The position numbers and the translations under genes were made by a program. A stretch of 63,502 nucleotides of DNA, the filler included, from Neoconidiobolus thromboides FSU 785 (Eukaryota > Fungi > Entomophthoromycota): assembly GCA_025603075.1 (NCBI GenBank). It is 5 parts of 5 records of this genome, joined end to end, with 100 filler letters (N's around TTAATTAATTAA, not from the genome) between each part and the next. Parts side by side here need not be neighbours in the genome. Positions count along the whole stretch, not along the records: positions 1 to 13,556 come from MU626615.1; 4 more parts are not named here. One strand, given 5' to 3'. This document shows, piece after piece, positions 1-13,395 of this stretch (position 1 is its first letter; every line of letters begins with the position of its first letter). The notes under the pieces are model-generated. The model was not told the DNA's origin, made no database searches, and saw nothing but the letters and a program-made list of their open reading frames with translations.

Positions 1-238
1 AATCAAATTGTAATGTTCTTTTATACAAATAAATATTTTAAATATCCATTATATTGTTTTGAAGTAATTTAAGATAAATCTGCCATAAAATAATATATTT
101 AGATGCTGCATCTTATTATCAACTACTCATTTCCATTCTTTTTATCATATATAGCTTGAAATCTAGCCTTAAAAGTGTAAGTTATTGTTTACAATAATAA
201 AAAGTGAAACGTAGAAGTCAAAACATATTTAATTATAT
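1..238. repeat. Left arm of an inverted repeat pair in contig A (partner 12852-13089); cut by the window start
   Basis: The reverse complement of 1-238 matches 12852-13089 with about 4 mismatches by eye. Homology resumes after the MITE (340-~380 vs ~12815-12855) and then decays. Confidence 0.95.
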
Positions 239-335
239 GGGAATGTTTTTTGGCTTCATTACTTTTTCCATCTTTTAAGCGCTACTTGCGTGGAAAAATT
301 GTTAGTAAAATTCTTAAATACAAAAATACATCCCC
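239..335 (+). mobile_element. MITE copy 1, GGG...CCC termini, ATAT target-site duplication
   Basis: ATAT|GGGAATGTTTTT...AAAAATACATCCCC|ATAT. The paralogous locus at ~12852 has a single ATAT and no element. Confidence 0.92.
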
Positions 336-1819
336 ATATCTTTATTACAATAAATTTATACTGAACATATATTATTATCATTCTGAAAAATAAGTTTCTT
401 ACCATAAAAAGAGTTCATATCATTAAAAAATATTAATACAGCGATAAAATATTATTTAAAAATAGATTTTAGATTGTTTTATACATGTTTTAAATTGAAA
501 TAATACTTTTAAAAGAATCTTAGCTATTCAATCATACTATTTGTGGCTATAAATGTTTTTTTTTTACAACCTAAGCTCTGTTGCTATGCTTTCTATTTTT
601 AGTTGTATATAACAACCAGATAATAATAAATATAGAATATAGAACTTCTTTATTAAGTAATTTATAAAAACTAAAATACATAAATATACCAGAAACAGCA
701 TATTCTATCATACTATACGAATAGTAGTTTAAAATATGCCAAATTATCCAAATAGTAGTTATAAGCAACAATCTAGTAAGAGTTATTGAAGAAAATGGTT
801 AATTAAGATCCGAATAATCTTATGTCTTCAACATAGTAGTTTATCCATTCTTAACCAACAATAAGTTTTAAAAAACCTTAGTTAAATACTAAAGGAAAAG
901 AGACAGTCACATACCCTGGTATGCATTTGAAGATATTATGCGAATTTTTGAAAATCAATACAAGTTAGTTTAAATCCAAGGTTCAACATTTCTCCGATGT
1001 TAAACTACAAAGAAAAGATAGTTTAAGCACAGTTAGTAAAAAACAAAGCGCTTATTTTCTTGTGTTAAATAAATTGAGTAAAATTCTAACTTCAAGCTAC
1101 TTAGTAAAAAAAAATAACCAAATGAAAATAGACTCCTCTTTTTAGTTTTCCTCCACTCTTCTATATTTAGTGTTAGCTACTTTATCTTTTAGAAGTAAAA
1201 CATTTAATAGTTTCGACTCTTTCAAGAGTTGGAAATAAGAATTTTTATAACTTTTCTAAATTTCAAGCTTAGATCGAAATGAGCAAAATATTGAGTATAA
1301 CTTTAAATTACGAATGAGGCCATTTATACATCTTATTTTTGATTTTGATTTTGGTTTTTTGATTAAGTAAATAACTTAGAACTGTTGACACCTGACTGTA
1401 CTTTGAACAACCTGTTTTCAATGCAAATTCTAGCTATATTTTTAGGAAACCCATCAAAAGCCAGTATAAATGACCTTTTTTATAACTCTATTTCTTTTTA
1501 GTTCATTAATGCAATAACGCTTTTTGGTACCTTTAAATATGTCGTTAATTTTTCTTGTTTAAGTCCATCTGTGATCGTTTTGGATATCATTTCTTGATAA
1601 ATATTTGAATATAAATATACATGTTTCATGCTATAAAATTTATTTGCCCAATTTTTATACATAAACAAATTACAAAATTTTCTAGTAGCTACTGTATAAA
1701 ATAGAATTAACTTTAGCCCAAGTACTGGGATTGAAATTGCTTTAAACTCACATTAAATTCCCGCCAAGTTATACAAAATGGGTTAGAGAAAGTTAAGCTC
1801 TTTCGTAAATGCTTTATAT

Positions 1820-1910
1820 GGGGATGTATTTTTTAAGAATTTTACTAATAGTCTTTGTGCTCAAATTGCGCTTAAAAATGTAAAAAGTAATGAAATCAAA
1901 AAACATCCTT
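1820..1910 (-). mobile_element. MITE copy 2
   Basis: ATAT|GGGGATGTATTTTT...AAAAAACATCCTT|ATAT with the shared GCGCTTAAAAA core. Confidence 0.88.
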
Positions 1911-3031
1911 ATATCTTTTGTACTAGTATTAAAACCCTTAATAGGCAAATAAATTAAATGTTGCAATTAAATATTATAATTTTGAACGAAAGTTGGCATT
2001 AAGAGATTATTAAAATAAGTAGTAATAGTAAAGTGAAAATAAAATTTTTCAAAATTTTTAAGGTATGTTTTATGTAAAGAAGATAGTAAAAAGTTAACTA
2101 ACAAAATCTATATTATATAATAAAAACAACATCAATTGTAATATATACAAGTTTAGTACATGTTCTCAAGCATTTTAGAAAGTTATTATAAAATATTGAG
2201 CCACCTTTAAAATTCTGTTGAAACTTATTTAGTTTATAAATCAAAACAGTAAGTTCTAGATAATTCAAATTTTCACATTTAGATACAAAGATTTATCAAA
2301 CTAAACTCTTTATATTATATACCTGAAAGGGCACTTTAAATGTTATTCAAAGTTTGATGATTATAAATTAATAATTTTTGTTTATCTGTTATGATTTTTA
2401 TAATATTATGCACCATTAAAATTTTTAAAATATAAAATTTCTAACAGTAAATGAAAATCAGATAAATATTAATGAGGGATTAATTTTACAGTCATCTAAG
2501 CTTATAATAATTGAGAAATCATGTTATTAGAAATTAGTAGTATTAGTGGTATAGTAACTTATAAATGTACCGATATTAGTGCTATTTACATAATACAATA
2601 ATGATAATATCTATATTATATTTTTGTCTTTAAAATAGACAGTCGGTATAGTATTTTATGATTTATTTTAGTTTAGCTTGAAGGAAAGGGTGTGATAGGA
2701 TAGTAAAAAAGAAAGCTAATAGCAAATAGTCAAGTTTATTAAAAGTAATTTAGTAGGAATCATACTCTAACTTAATTTAGGTGATGAGAAACTGATAAAA
2801 AAATTAAAAAAAGAGTGAATAAAATTCACCAATAACATAAAAGGAAAAAGGAAATCTTTAATGGTAAAAGTGCATATTTAAGAAAAAACGAGGAACATCT
2901 TTAATAATAAAATTAAAAGAATTTTATTTATACTATTTTTAATGTATTTTTTCAATTGATTATTATTCTTTATAATATAAATAATAATAATAGCTAACCT
3001 TAGTTTATTTTAGTTTGAATTAATTAATTGA

Positions 3032-4492
3032 ATGTTAATATCTCAGGTAATATATTTTTAATTTAAAATAGAATGCTTATACTTTTAGGTTTTGAAATTT
3101 GGTTTTAAAAATAAGAACAGGAATGAGGACAATAGCAGCGATAATAATAGTAATGAGGTAGTTACTAGTATCTCAAGCCACGACCGCAGTAGCAGTGAAG
3201 TGCCTTTAAATAATGAAAAAAACAAAAATAAATTGTTTAATCGTAAGCGTGCCTCTTTACCAGTTAAATTAGAAATAATAAGAGTCGATAATACCGAGTG
3301 TAGCAATACAGGCGATAACAACAACATAAACATAAATAATACAAACCTTAAAGCTTTATGGAGAGAACAATTTACTGGAGAAGAGTTGGCATCTTTATTA
3401 CTAACACCGCGTGAAATCGAAAGACAAGAGATAATAAATGAAATAGTTTATACAGAAAAAGATTACATCAGCGATTTATTAATATTGAAAGTATTGTATA
3501 TGGACAAGTTAAAAGAGTCAAATATAATAGACGATGAGGCATATAATCATTTATTTTTAAATTTGAATTCAATAATAAAGTTACACCAAAATTTATTTAA
3601 AGAATTAAAACAGAGAAAGGATCAGCAGCAACCAATCATTAAAGAGGTTTGTGATATTTTCATAAAATGGACCAATGAGCTTAAAATATACTCCAACTAT
3701 TTAGCAAATCAAACGCAAGCGAATGAGACATACATTAAATTGGTGCAAAGTAACAAGAAATTTAATTTATTTATACAACAACAAAGCTCATTGCCACAAA
3801 GCAAAGGACAAAATTTGAAAAGCTACTTATTGAAGCCATTTCAGAGGATATCTAAATACCCTCTATTGATTAAAAATCTACTACAAGTATCTTCTTCAGG
3901 AACCATTGACTTTTTAAACGGAATAAGATGTAAACATGCCATTGAGGGCTTAATTTTAAAAATATCGGAAGAAAAGTTCCAAATTGAATATAAGCCAACA
4001 TTGAAAGCATGGAAAGAAAACATTAGTAACTTAGTAAAGTTCAAGTTAACTGATCCAAGAAGGAAATATTTAATAGATGACAAATTAATACTAACAACTA
4101 AAAACAAGGTGAAAAACAAAATAATAACAAATAAAATTGGCTATTATTTCGTTTTATTTAATGACCTTTTAGTTTACTTACCTGAGCAATATCGCTTTGG
4201 ACTATCCAAATTTCAAATTTTATCTTCTTATCATTCTTCTGTTATTTTATGTAAGGTGTTGGATATCCATGACATTATTAAAGATGATGAAGAAGGGGAA
4301 GAAAAAGGTAATCATAGTTAATAGCTATCTAACACATATATTGAAATGTTTTTAGGAGATTCAAATAGTTTTAAATTAATAACAATTGGCGCTGAAATCA
4401 AATCCTTAATTGTTGAAGCTGAAACTAAAGAAGTGAAATTAAAATGGATGGAACAGCTTAGATTGTCAATACCTACCCATTCTGGTTTTTAA
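3032..4492 (+). CDS. Rho guanine nucleotide exchange factor (DH-PH), 3 exons
   Basis: The ORF has DH motifs (ERQEIINEIVYTEKDYISDL, LKSYLLKPFQRISKYPLLIKNLL). Introns 3047-3088 and 4308-4355 (GT-AG; the second has a CTAAC branch site) give an MLISQ start and a PH-type end (VEAETKEVKLKWMEQL). Confidence 0.88.
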
Positions 4493-4675
4493 TTCTCCCT
4501 TATTTTTTCTCCTTTTATTTAAATTAATAAATAAGTTTTAATTCTAATTTTTAGCTGATTGGATTAAATTGAGCTTTTTACCATTCTATTTTAACGTCAT
4601 CATTCACTAATTAATATAAATAAAAAGAAAATTAAAACTTAATAAGCTTTTTTATTTTTTTAACATTCAACAAAG

Positions 4676-5333
4676 ATGAAACTATTTAAAAATGATATAT
4701 TATTGGTATTGTTATTGTCCATGAAATACTATTTAGTAGTATCAAGGATGATTTTGGAGCTACCTAGTGGTAAATTGGATTGCTTCTACAAAGATGTTAC
4801 AGAAATACATACTAAACTCAATATATATTTTGCTGTAAGGTTATTTTTATTTTGTTTGCAGTTATTAACACGCTATAAACTAGTCATATCAAGGTGGTGA
4901 TTTTACAGTAAACTTAGCAATAAACGATCCTGATCAAAATCGAATTATTAATGCAGAGTTAATAAAGCAAGGGGATTATTCATTTACAGCTAATAGATTA
5001 GGCGAGTATTCATTCTGTTTTTATAACCCAGGTTCAGAAGAGAAATTGATAGATTTTGAAATTTTAGATAGAGCTGATAAGAGTATAGTATCCCCATTAG
5101 TGTTTGAAGATCCTGGACATTTAACTAATATGAATAAGCTTTTGTTTACATTTCAAGATATATGCTTCGAGATTATTCGTGGTCAAAAATATTTTAGAAA
5201 CCTGGAAGCAAGAAATGAAAGTATTATTCAGCAATTAGGCTCAACCCTTCACTCCTATCAATTTGCTTTACTTTCTATTGTTTGTGTCATGACTTTGATT
5301 CAAATTTTTGCAATTAAGTCTTTTTTTAAATAA
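4676..5333 (+). CDS. p24/emp24/gp25L (GOLD domain) ER-Golgi cargo receptor, spliced
   Basis: Signal peptide, LPSGKLDCFY, GDYSFTANRLGEYSFCFYN, a coiled coil (RNLEARNES), a C-terminal TM helix and an FFK tail. Confidence 0.85.
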
Positions 5334-5382
5334 AAATTAAAGACTCCGTTTATAAATTAAATAGTTTATTTTATTTTTTACA

Positions 5383-6038
5383 TTATAATTGATCATGATA
5401 TTTTAGTAATTCGTTTAAGACAACACCTTGATCATCATATACAAGCACTGAATTTTTCCAACAGTTATATTTTATGCCCAATTCATGATTAAACTTCCAT
5501 TCTTTCAATATTTCAGCTTCATTTCCTTTAAAATTTTTATATAATTGCAAATTCTGTCTACCTATTAATCGACACGCTTTTAATCTTAATTCATTCACTG
5601 ACTATAAAATAATTAGTAAACTATTTTAAATAATAATAAAGAGCCTACCCAATCTGGTAAATGAGCGTCTGCTATTAATTTAAAATTACCAATACCAAAT
5701 TGTTCAATACCTAAAATCAACTTTTTTCTACTTTCTTCAGTCCACGTCTTTAATTTCATTTGCTCCATTTGAAGTTGATGTGAACTTTGCAATTCAGATA
5801 ATTTGGGTAGAAAATAGTTTTGATTCAATGTACCATCTTCATGGATAATGTTTTGAGTAATTGAGAATTCCTTTCGAATACAAAACTTTTTTCTTATTTC
5901 TAAAATATACTTTTGCTTTTCAGTAAGTGCTTGTTGGGTGTTACTTTTATTAGAGCTAGCGCTTTCTATGGAAGAATTACCAACACTATTATTATCATCC
6001 TGGAGTTGATCACCAGTTAAATTATTTCCTTGGTCCAT
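5383..6038 (-). CDS. Myb/SANT-like domain protein, uncharacterised, 2 exons
   Basis: WTEESRKKLILGIEQFGIGNFKLIADAHLPDW is joined by intron 5602-5648 to SVNELRLKACRLIGRQNLQLY. Confidence 0.7.
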
Positions 6039-6140
6039 TCTTTAATAAAACAAAAGAAAATGATAAAAAATTACATGAAAGAATAGTATAAAATATTGAA
6101 ATTACAAATTATGGGATAAGTTAAATTTATTCGTTTAAAA

Positions 6141-6701
6141 TTAAGAATGTATTACAGATAAATAAGAAAAATGATTTCTCCTAAATGTAATCAAAACTGT
6201 GTTAATAGAAGAAATGAAGAACGAAGAAGTAATAAAAAGGTGACAAAAATGGAACAAAACAAAATGATAGCTATTAGCAATAGCAGGTTGGATGATATTT
6301 AGAAGTAAAGATAAAAATAACCATAAAAAGGAAAATAGAACGGTCGTAATTGGTGGATAAAAGAAGGAAATAACATTGTTATCATTATTAATAGAATTGT
6401 TTATATTAGTACTATCGCTGTTAGAACCCAAATTCAAGTAATTAACTAAACAAAATTTTTGACAATAATCATTGTATTCAACAAAAAACCCAGTAATAAA
6501 AACAGTCACAAAACACAAACTTAAACACAAATATTTTATACTAGATTCGATAACATCAATTATTACTGCATTGTTATTTACTTTCCATGTCTCTATTATT
6601 AAATATAAGAACAATAGACCAATTAGCATGGTTGTTTTGCGTATTCCTAAGTTTATATTAAACCCGGGGTATTGATTTTCCTTGATATGATATGAATGCA
6701 T
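6141..6701 (-). CDS. Hypothetical multi-pass membrane protein (186 aa)
   Basis: Long ORF inside the gene-dense island with 3-4 hydrophobic segments; no family recognised. Confidence 0.45.
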   Translation of the reverse strand: MHSYHIKENQYPGFNINLGIRKTTMLIGLLFLYLIIETWKVNNNAVIIDVIESSIKYLCLSLCFVTVFITGFFVEYNDYCQKFCLVNYLNLGSNSDSTNINNSINNDNNVISFFYPPITTVLFSFLWLFLSLLLNIIQPAIANSYHFVLFHFCHLFITSSFFISSINTVLITFRRNHFSYLSVIHS

Positions 6702-7856
6702 TATTTATAATAATATAATAAAAAAATAAATGAATTAAGTTAAGAGATAGGTAAGAGCTAAGAGAAGAAACAAAAGGTGAAAAAAATCGAAAGTTTAGTT
6801 TACTATTTATATAGTACTCTTTTTCTAAAAAAACTTATTCTTAATTCATGTACAATTATTCATTAATTTACTCAATTTAATGCTAATTTTATCCTAATCA
6901 AGCTCTTTTAACCAATCACTATAACCTGTTAAAAACTCTATCCCTTTATAGTCTACAATAATGACTATTTCCTCTAATCTGATAGAAAGATGATAGCAAT
7001 AAACTCCTTCTTTTTAGATCATTGTGAAGATATAGGTTAAAAAGATTACTTATGAAGTTCTTTAATTTTAGAGTTACGGAATAACATGCCCATTACTTTT
7101 ATTGTTAGTAAGTATTTATTAATTAAGTTACCTTGCTAAAATGATTTGAATATTAATAAAAATTTAAATTTAAGTATCGGGTAAATTATATCACGTTTAT
7201 TCAATTGTGTTTTATTAATAAATTAGATAAAGTAAAATATAATATAAAATAAATTAAAGGTTAGTTTAATACTATATAGTATATTGTAAATTAAAGCCCC
7301 ACATTCATAATAATGTAGTGGTAACAATAATTAATATTAGCTATTTTAACATAAAGCATGAAGAAATTTAACTATACTGTTTATGCAAAAAACCCACATT
7401 ATCCAGATGAATAAATAAGATGAACTGAATAGCTTAATAACTCATTCTCCATTTTAATTGGCTATCACTAGTATTGATACAAATTAGTACAAATTAATTT
7501 TAAAATATAAATTTTTATTTCAAACTGATGGAACTTTTGGATATGAATATTAGACTTTTTTAAGTAAATGGGTAAATTTAAAAGAGTAACTGTTGTTTAC
7601 AATATTTTTATTAATAAATTTAAAATTGGACAAAAAAACATTATAGAACATCTATTCTATTTTTATTATTTGAAGTATTAAATTTCAGTTTTAATTAATT
7701 TCTTAATCGAAAAATATGCACCTCATTTTTATACCTTTTATGCTTAATTTACCACTTTTGAAATAAACTAAAGTCAGAAATAAGATGAACCTTGGAATTC
7801 AAATTGACCAAATAAATAATAAGACCAAATGTAAATATTCTATGTAATCTATAAGT

Positions 7857-9027
7857 TTAATGAAAAGCTTGATTGAGAGGATTGGAAGGAACAGCATTTT
7901 TAGCTTTTTGGTAGCTTCTTTCGGTTTGGGATGCTTTACGTTTAAGGTATTTGTCAGCTTTTTGGACATTTAAGTTAGCACGGATCTATAAAAATTGAGT
8001 TTAGTAAATAAAAGGCATTATTTACTTTTGACTTACCATGTTTGGACTAATAAATTCTTTGTTTTCATATAAAGTTGGGCCACCAAAAGAGCCTTCGAAT
8101 ATTCTAATCAAATTTAAACAAAATCTTGGACCGATTTCAACTAAACTCATTTTTTTATCTTTTTTTTCATCTGTTATTGTTGGGTCTTCTTCGATAATCT
8201 ATTTTTCGTAAATGTATATTCGATTCAATATAATAATATAATAATATTACTTGATAATTTCTGAACCATACTCTTTGGTCTACAATTGATAAACTCGTTA
8301 CATGGTCAATAAACGGTTTGACTCTACGACTGGATTTAGGTACTGCAAAGGTCTATTGGAAATAGTTAATACAATAATGAAGTTAAAAATGTACATCTAA
8401 TTTACATGAGTAAACATTTCTTTTAAAAGAGCATAATGAGGTTGTGAATCAAAAGTGGAGTCAAATGATAAGATTGGTCTAGAACCCTTTAAACAATTTC
8501 CTGTCATCTTTAGTTCATCCATAGTATGAACTATAATTATTGTTATAAAATATTCTATAAATAAAAAAGAGAAATTACTGTTTTGAACATGAAATTTGGC
8601 AGAAGGACCATTAGGCGATTTTGACATCCAAAGATAAAGATCCATGCCTTTACGTACTTCAAAAAATAAACAATTATTACAGTTTTGTAACTCAGCTAAC
8701 TCATTAATCAAATATAATTTGTTCTTAGTATCCAGTTTTGCATCTAAATATTATTGATTAAACAAATTACAAAGATGAATTATACGGTGGTTTACCTTTT
8801 TTAACATGAGGCAATAAAGATTCCAAATCTTTCATAAGATGGCGATGACTAAAATAATTATTAATCTTAAATCCACTTTAATTTAATCTGTCTATTTACC
8901 GTGAGCTTACACCTCTTGAAGATAACAATAAGACTCTTTGCTTGTTCTTGTTTTTTTCTTGAGTACTTTCTTCCTCTTTGGTATTCTTATTCAACTTTTG
9001 TTTACTAGCTTGATAAACTGTACTCAT
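7857..9027 (-). CDS. BRX1: Brix-domain ribosome biogenesis protein Brx1, multi-exon
   Basis: KQRVLLLSSRG, RHLMKDLESLLPH, NELAELQNCNNCLFFEVRK, LYLWMSKSPNGPSAKFHVQN, HTMDELKMTGNCLKGSRPILSFD, LVEIGPRFCL, FGGPTLYEN. Confidence 0.95.
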
Positions 9028-9169
9028 TTTGATCAAAATAAAATCAAGCTTAAAAAATCAAAATAGAAGTAAATAGTAGTAGAATTATGGGAACTTAAGA
9101 CTTATTCCATTTTATTTTTTCTATTTTTTCTATTTTTTAAATATTCTTAATAAATTAATTAGAATAGAT

Positions 9170-10678
9170 ATGAACTCCAATAAATATTTGATAAGATTTG
9201 CTCAAACACATGAATGTTTTCGGATACCAGAACTGAAATCATTAGGAAAAATCGAAGGAATAGAACTAGACCACGATGAAATAGATAGAAACTATAATGA
9301 ATTGGTAAAGTCGTTTTATTTAGCTACATAATTTATTAATTATAATTTAGAGCCCATTTTTAGTATTAACATTAAAATCAGACGAGGATGCAATCAAATT
9401 AATTAAGAGAGGGATATTGATCAAATGTATTCATAACTTATGGGTTGAAGAGAAAGATCGTCAAACTCTACATGAAAGCTTGTTAAAAATGGAGGATTAT
9501 GAGGTAATGAACTATTACATTGTGGCCATTTATTTACTCATTCCCTATAGTCCGAATACAATGGTAAAAGTTTTAGATTCGAAATATTCACTTTTGGTAA
9601 ATCAAGAACAAATGAAGAAAAAATCAGTTTAGTCAATGAGTTTAGATACATGAAATTAAATGGAAAAATCAATTTGAAAGACCCTGAAGTAAGATTTACT
9701 TTAAGCGAGGATCTTAGTCCAGTTACTAAGTCTGATTTACCCGGCGAAAAATTGCATAAAGTATATTTTAGTCGCTTTCTGGCTGAAGCTTCAAGAGATG
9801 TTGTTCAATTGTATGATCTTAAAAAAAGAGAGTATTTAGGCACTACTTCTATGGATGCTGAGCTTTCTTTAGTTATGTCTAATATGGCACTGGTTAAAAA
9901 AGACTCTTTGGTTTATGATCCATTTGTCGGAACTGGTATACAATTAGTATTTTAAAATGTCTAACTTATTAAATATAATAAAGGTAGTTTCTTGGTAACA
10001 AGTGCTCATTTTGGTGCCTATACACTAGGTTCCGACATCGATGGTAGGCAAGTTAGAGGGAAACAAGGAAAATCGATTCAAAGTAATATTAAGCAATATA
10101 ACTTTAAAGACCAAATATTAGACACTGTAGTATTTGATATTACCCATCATCCATGGCGTAATCAAATCCAATTTGATGCAATTGTCACAGATCCTCCTTA
10201 TGGTGTAAGAGCAGGAGCAAAAAAATTAGGTAGAAAACAAGGAAATAGGAAATTAGAAGATATTGCCTTAATTAATGGTATTCCTGCTCATCTTAACTCA
10301 GATTACTTACCACCCAAAGTGAACTATGATATGCCACAAGTTTTGTTAGACTTATTGAACTTTTCTGCAAATCACCTCACTGTAGGTGGAAGAATTACTT
10401 TTTGGTTACCTAATATCGTAGAAAAGTAATTTAATTTAATTGTTACCATTATAAACTAATAAATTATATTATTTAGTGATGAAGAGCCAATAATACCTAA
10501 TCATCCCTGCTTAAATTTAATTTCAGATTGTGAGCAAGCATTTCATGGTTGGAGTAGAAGATTAATTACTATGGAAAAACACAAGCAACCTGAAACTCCA
10601 TACGTTTCTGAAATATTATCAGTTGATCAAAGTGATATATTTAGAAATAAATATTTCCAACCTAACAAGATAGAATAG
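9170..10678 (+). CDS. TRM11: tRNA (guanine-10-N2)-methyltransferase Trm11, multi-exon
   Basis: YLIRFAQTHECFRIPEL, YDLKKREYLGTTSMDAELSLVMSNMA, VYDPFVGTG, FDAIVTDPPYGVRAG, HGWSRRLITMEK. Confidence 0.95.
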
Positions 10679-10874
10679 ATAGATATAAATAAAATCATGG
10701 TGTTCATTTAATAACTTATATAGCCTAATCTTTTTATTTTTAAAAAATGGATAACCTAAATAAATATCCTATTGATAAAACAAATTTACTAATTTGACTA
10801 AAAAATTATAGAGGCTTCAAAATAAATACTTGAATTATATCCAGTTTAATTTCGAACACTATGGACCAACTGAT

Positions 10875-11273
10875 TTAATGGCGATCTATAAAAAGCGCAG
10901 GTCCAGATCTCCATCCCCATAAAATGAATAATTCACAAGCACACATTTCACCTACGCCAGCAAAGACCCCAGACAATAAAGGATAAATCATGTATCTAGT
11001 AATGAATTGGGGCCAAGATAAAGAAGTTATTTGACTTCCTGAAACGAGAGTTTTGACAAGGTTTGTTAAAGTAAACTCTTTATAGTCATCCTTGTTTAGT
11101 CTAATTTCTCTTTCTTGAAGATTATCTATTTCAATCTCTTTTTTTAAATGGCTGGGTATCCCGCTATATAATGTTTGTGGCTCGATTTCTTCCTCCTTTT
11201 CTTCTTCCTTTTCTTCTTCTTTTCTCATTATTGCTTGTTCTTCTAGCTTTTCAAAGGTTGATGGATATTGCAT
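10875..11273 (-). CDS. MIM1: Probable mitochondrial outer-membrane import protein Mim1-like
   Basis: Acidic N-terminus followed by a single TM, YPLLSGVFAGVGEMCACELFILWGW, resembling the Mim1 consensus LPFINGMMLGFGELFAHE...W. Confidence 0.6.
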   Translation of the reverse strand: MQYPSTFEKLEEQAIMRKEEEKEEEKEEEIEPQTLYSGIPSHLKKEIEIDNLQEREIRLNKDDYKEFTLTNLVKTLVSGSQITSLSWPQFITRYMIYPLLSGVFAGVGEMCACELFILWGWRSGPALFIDRH

Positions 11274-11610
11274 ATGAATTGATTTTTACTAAAAGTAGCT
11301 AAGAAATTTTAATTTCCTTTTCAATTATTCCAGGATTTTACATTTTACATTTTGACCTGTAAATTTTATTTATTGCAGCAGTTTTAATAAAATAACCAAG
11401 TTAGAAATAATAGCAGCAGTTGATCTCTATATTATTCAAAATATATCTTATTTATTGCTTTCAGCTTTCAGCTTTCAGTAATTGCATACTTTTTCCCTTT
11501 TAAACTATTTACTATTTTTCTTTTTCTATTTAAATAAAATTTTAAAGTACTGAAATATTTGAAATAGCTGTTAATGATAGCTTACATATTTAAAAAAAAT
11601 ACATTTAAAT

Positions 11611-11706
11611 AGAAGGACTGTTTTAGTTTCATTATTTTTCCATTTTTTAAGCGCTATTTAAGTGGAAAGATTGTAGTAAAATTCTTAAACAAAAAAACAC
11701 ACCCCC
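11611..11706 (+). mobile_element. MITE copy 3 (degenerate left end)
   Basis: Shared core TTTCATTATTTTTCCATTTTTTAAGCGCTATTTAAGTGGAAAG...AAACACACCCC. Confidence 0.8.
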
Positions 11707-12375
11707 AGAACTTGTTTTTTATTTGCGAATTTAGTATTTTTTAATATTTAAGTCTCAAAAGATAAATAAAATACTGAGATGAAAAAACACTCCCAATTAT
11801 TGTACAAGTGAATTTCATATGATTTGACTTAAGTGAAGGAATTAAATAAGCATTATTTACAATGTAAAGTTTACTTGTACATTATACTCAAATACTCAAC
11901 ATACTCTAACCAAATATACAGTGCATTTATATACAGTGCAAGGTTTAATTATGATAGACAAACGAAAGGAAATAAAACATCTAAAAAGATATAGTTTATG
12001 GCAAATCCTATAGTTTTGATAGTGATAAATATCTAGAAATGGCACAAAGATTAGTCCACTTACTAAAAAATCTGGGCAACAAAGGTTTATGAGGCTCTAT
12101 AAAATTCCATAGAAAATATACTGGTATATACCTAAATAACAAAAAATACTCTAAAGCTTTTTAACGAATAGTTATGTATTATAGATTATAAAGCGAATGC
12201 ATGACCTACTTTATTAGTGTCATAAAACAGATATACCTATTTCTGATCTAATTTACCATTTCTTCAGTCATTTTTATTAGATTCTCAATTACAGTAATTC
12301 TTTATATAGTTTAATCATACTTCGAACTTAATTTTCATACAGCATAAGTATATATCATTAAGTAAGGTTTCTACA

Positions 12376-12510
12376 ATGCGGATTTAATGCAGTGAACAAG
12401 TATGAAGGTACAGGATATTTGCCCAATTGTCAGCAGTTTTTTTCGTATCTGTTAGTTAATTAGGCAAATATTCCACCCCTTCATACTTATTCATTTCATC
12501 AAATCCATGT
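12376..12510. repeat. Imperfect palindrome/foldback (~57-bp arms, ~12-nt loop)
   Basis: GGATTTAATGCAGTGAACAAGTATGAAGGTACAGGATATTTGCCCAATT pairs with AATTAGGCAAATATTCCACCCCTTCATACTTATTCATTTCATCAAATCC. Confidence 0.75.
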
Positions 12511-12851
12511 TATTTATAAAAATATAAATTACTTATTAAGGAAGCTGTTTGTACTATACTTAACATCATTGATTACCTTAAGCAGCTAGAAATAAAAACA
12601 AAAATAAGATAGATAATTTTAAAAATATTAAATAGCTACTTATAGACATAAAACAATACTATAAAAGAGATAATGATTATTCAAAAGCATCATTTTGTTT
12701 TAAAACATTATATTTTATTAGTCTAAAAGCTATTTTTAAATTATCTTTTCATTATAGTGATAGTTTTTTATAATACAAGCACACTTAAGATTACTAGATT
12801 TGTTTTAAATAAACTATAATATATATTCAGTATAAATTTATTGTAATAAAG

Positions 12852-13089
12852 ATATAATTAAATATGTTTTGACTTCTACGTTTCACTTTTTATTGTTGTA
12901 AACAATAACTTACACTTTTAAGGCTAGATTTCAAGCTATATATGATAAAAAGAATAGAAATAAGTAGTTGATAATAAGATGCAGCATCTAAATGTATTAT
13001 TTTATGGCAGATTTATCTTAAATTACTTCAAAACAATATAATGGATATTTAAAATATTTATTTGTATAAAAGAACATTACAATTTGATT
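12852..13089. repeat. Right arm of the inverted repeat in contig A; empty site for MITE copy 1
   Basis: Reverse complement of 1-238, with a single ATAT at 12852-12855. Confidence 0.95.
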
Positions 13090-13395
13090 TTCAATTCATG
13101 AATGCAAAATAAATATTACGATGATTTGATAAAGCCTAAAAATGTTCCATTCCAAAGCCAAAAATTCCCAAAAGCATTGAAAGAAAGTTAGGGCTTTTTT
13201 ATAGTCGATAAGCCTTATTTTATAAGTGACTATTTTGCTATGATTAAATAGAAATTTATGTGACAATTAAGGTTGTTTTTAAAGTTTTACTTCTAGCAAT
13301 GAAAGATCCATGGAATTCAAAAAAGTATATAAGCATAAAAATAGCAAACAAAAAATTATCAAAAAATACATTCAAAGCATACAGATATACAAACA

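Noticed and set aside
571-771. 66-aa hydrophobic ORF
   Set aside because: It starts at TTG, and hydrophobic translation is expected from T-rich DNA; no family signal.
1380-1630. Minus-strand fragment with an HTH-like pattern (DGLKQEKLTTYLKVPKSVIA), possibly an old Tc1-like relic
   Set aside because: Short and broken, with no catalytic motif found; not supportable by eye.
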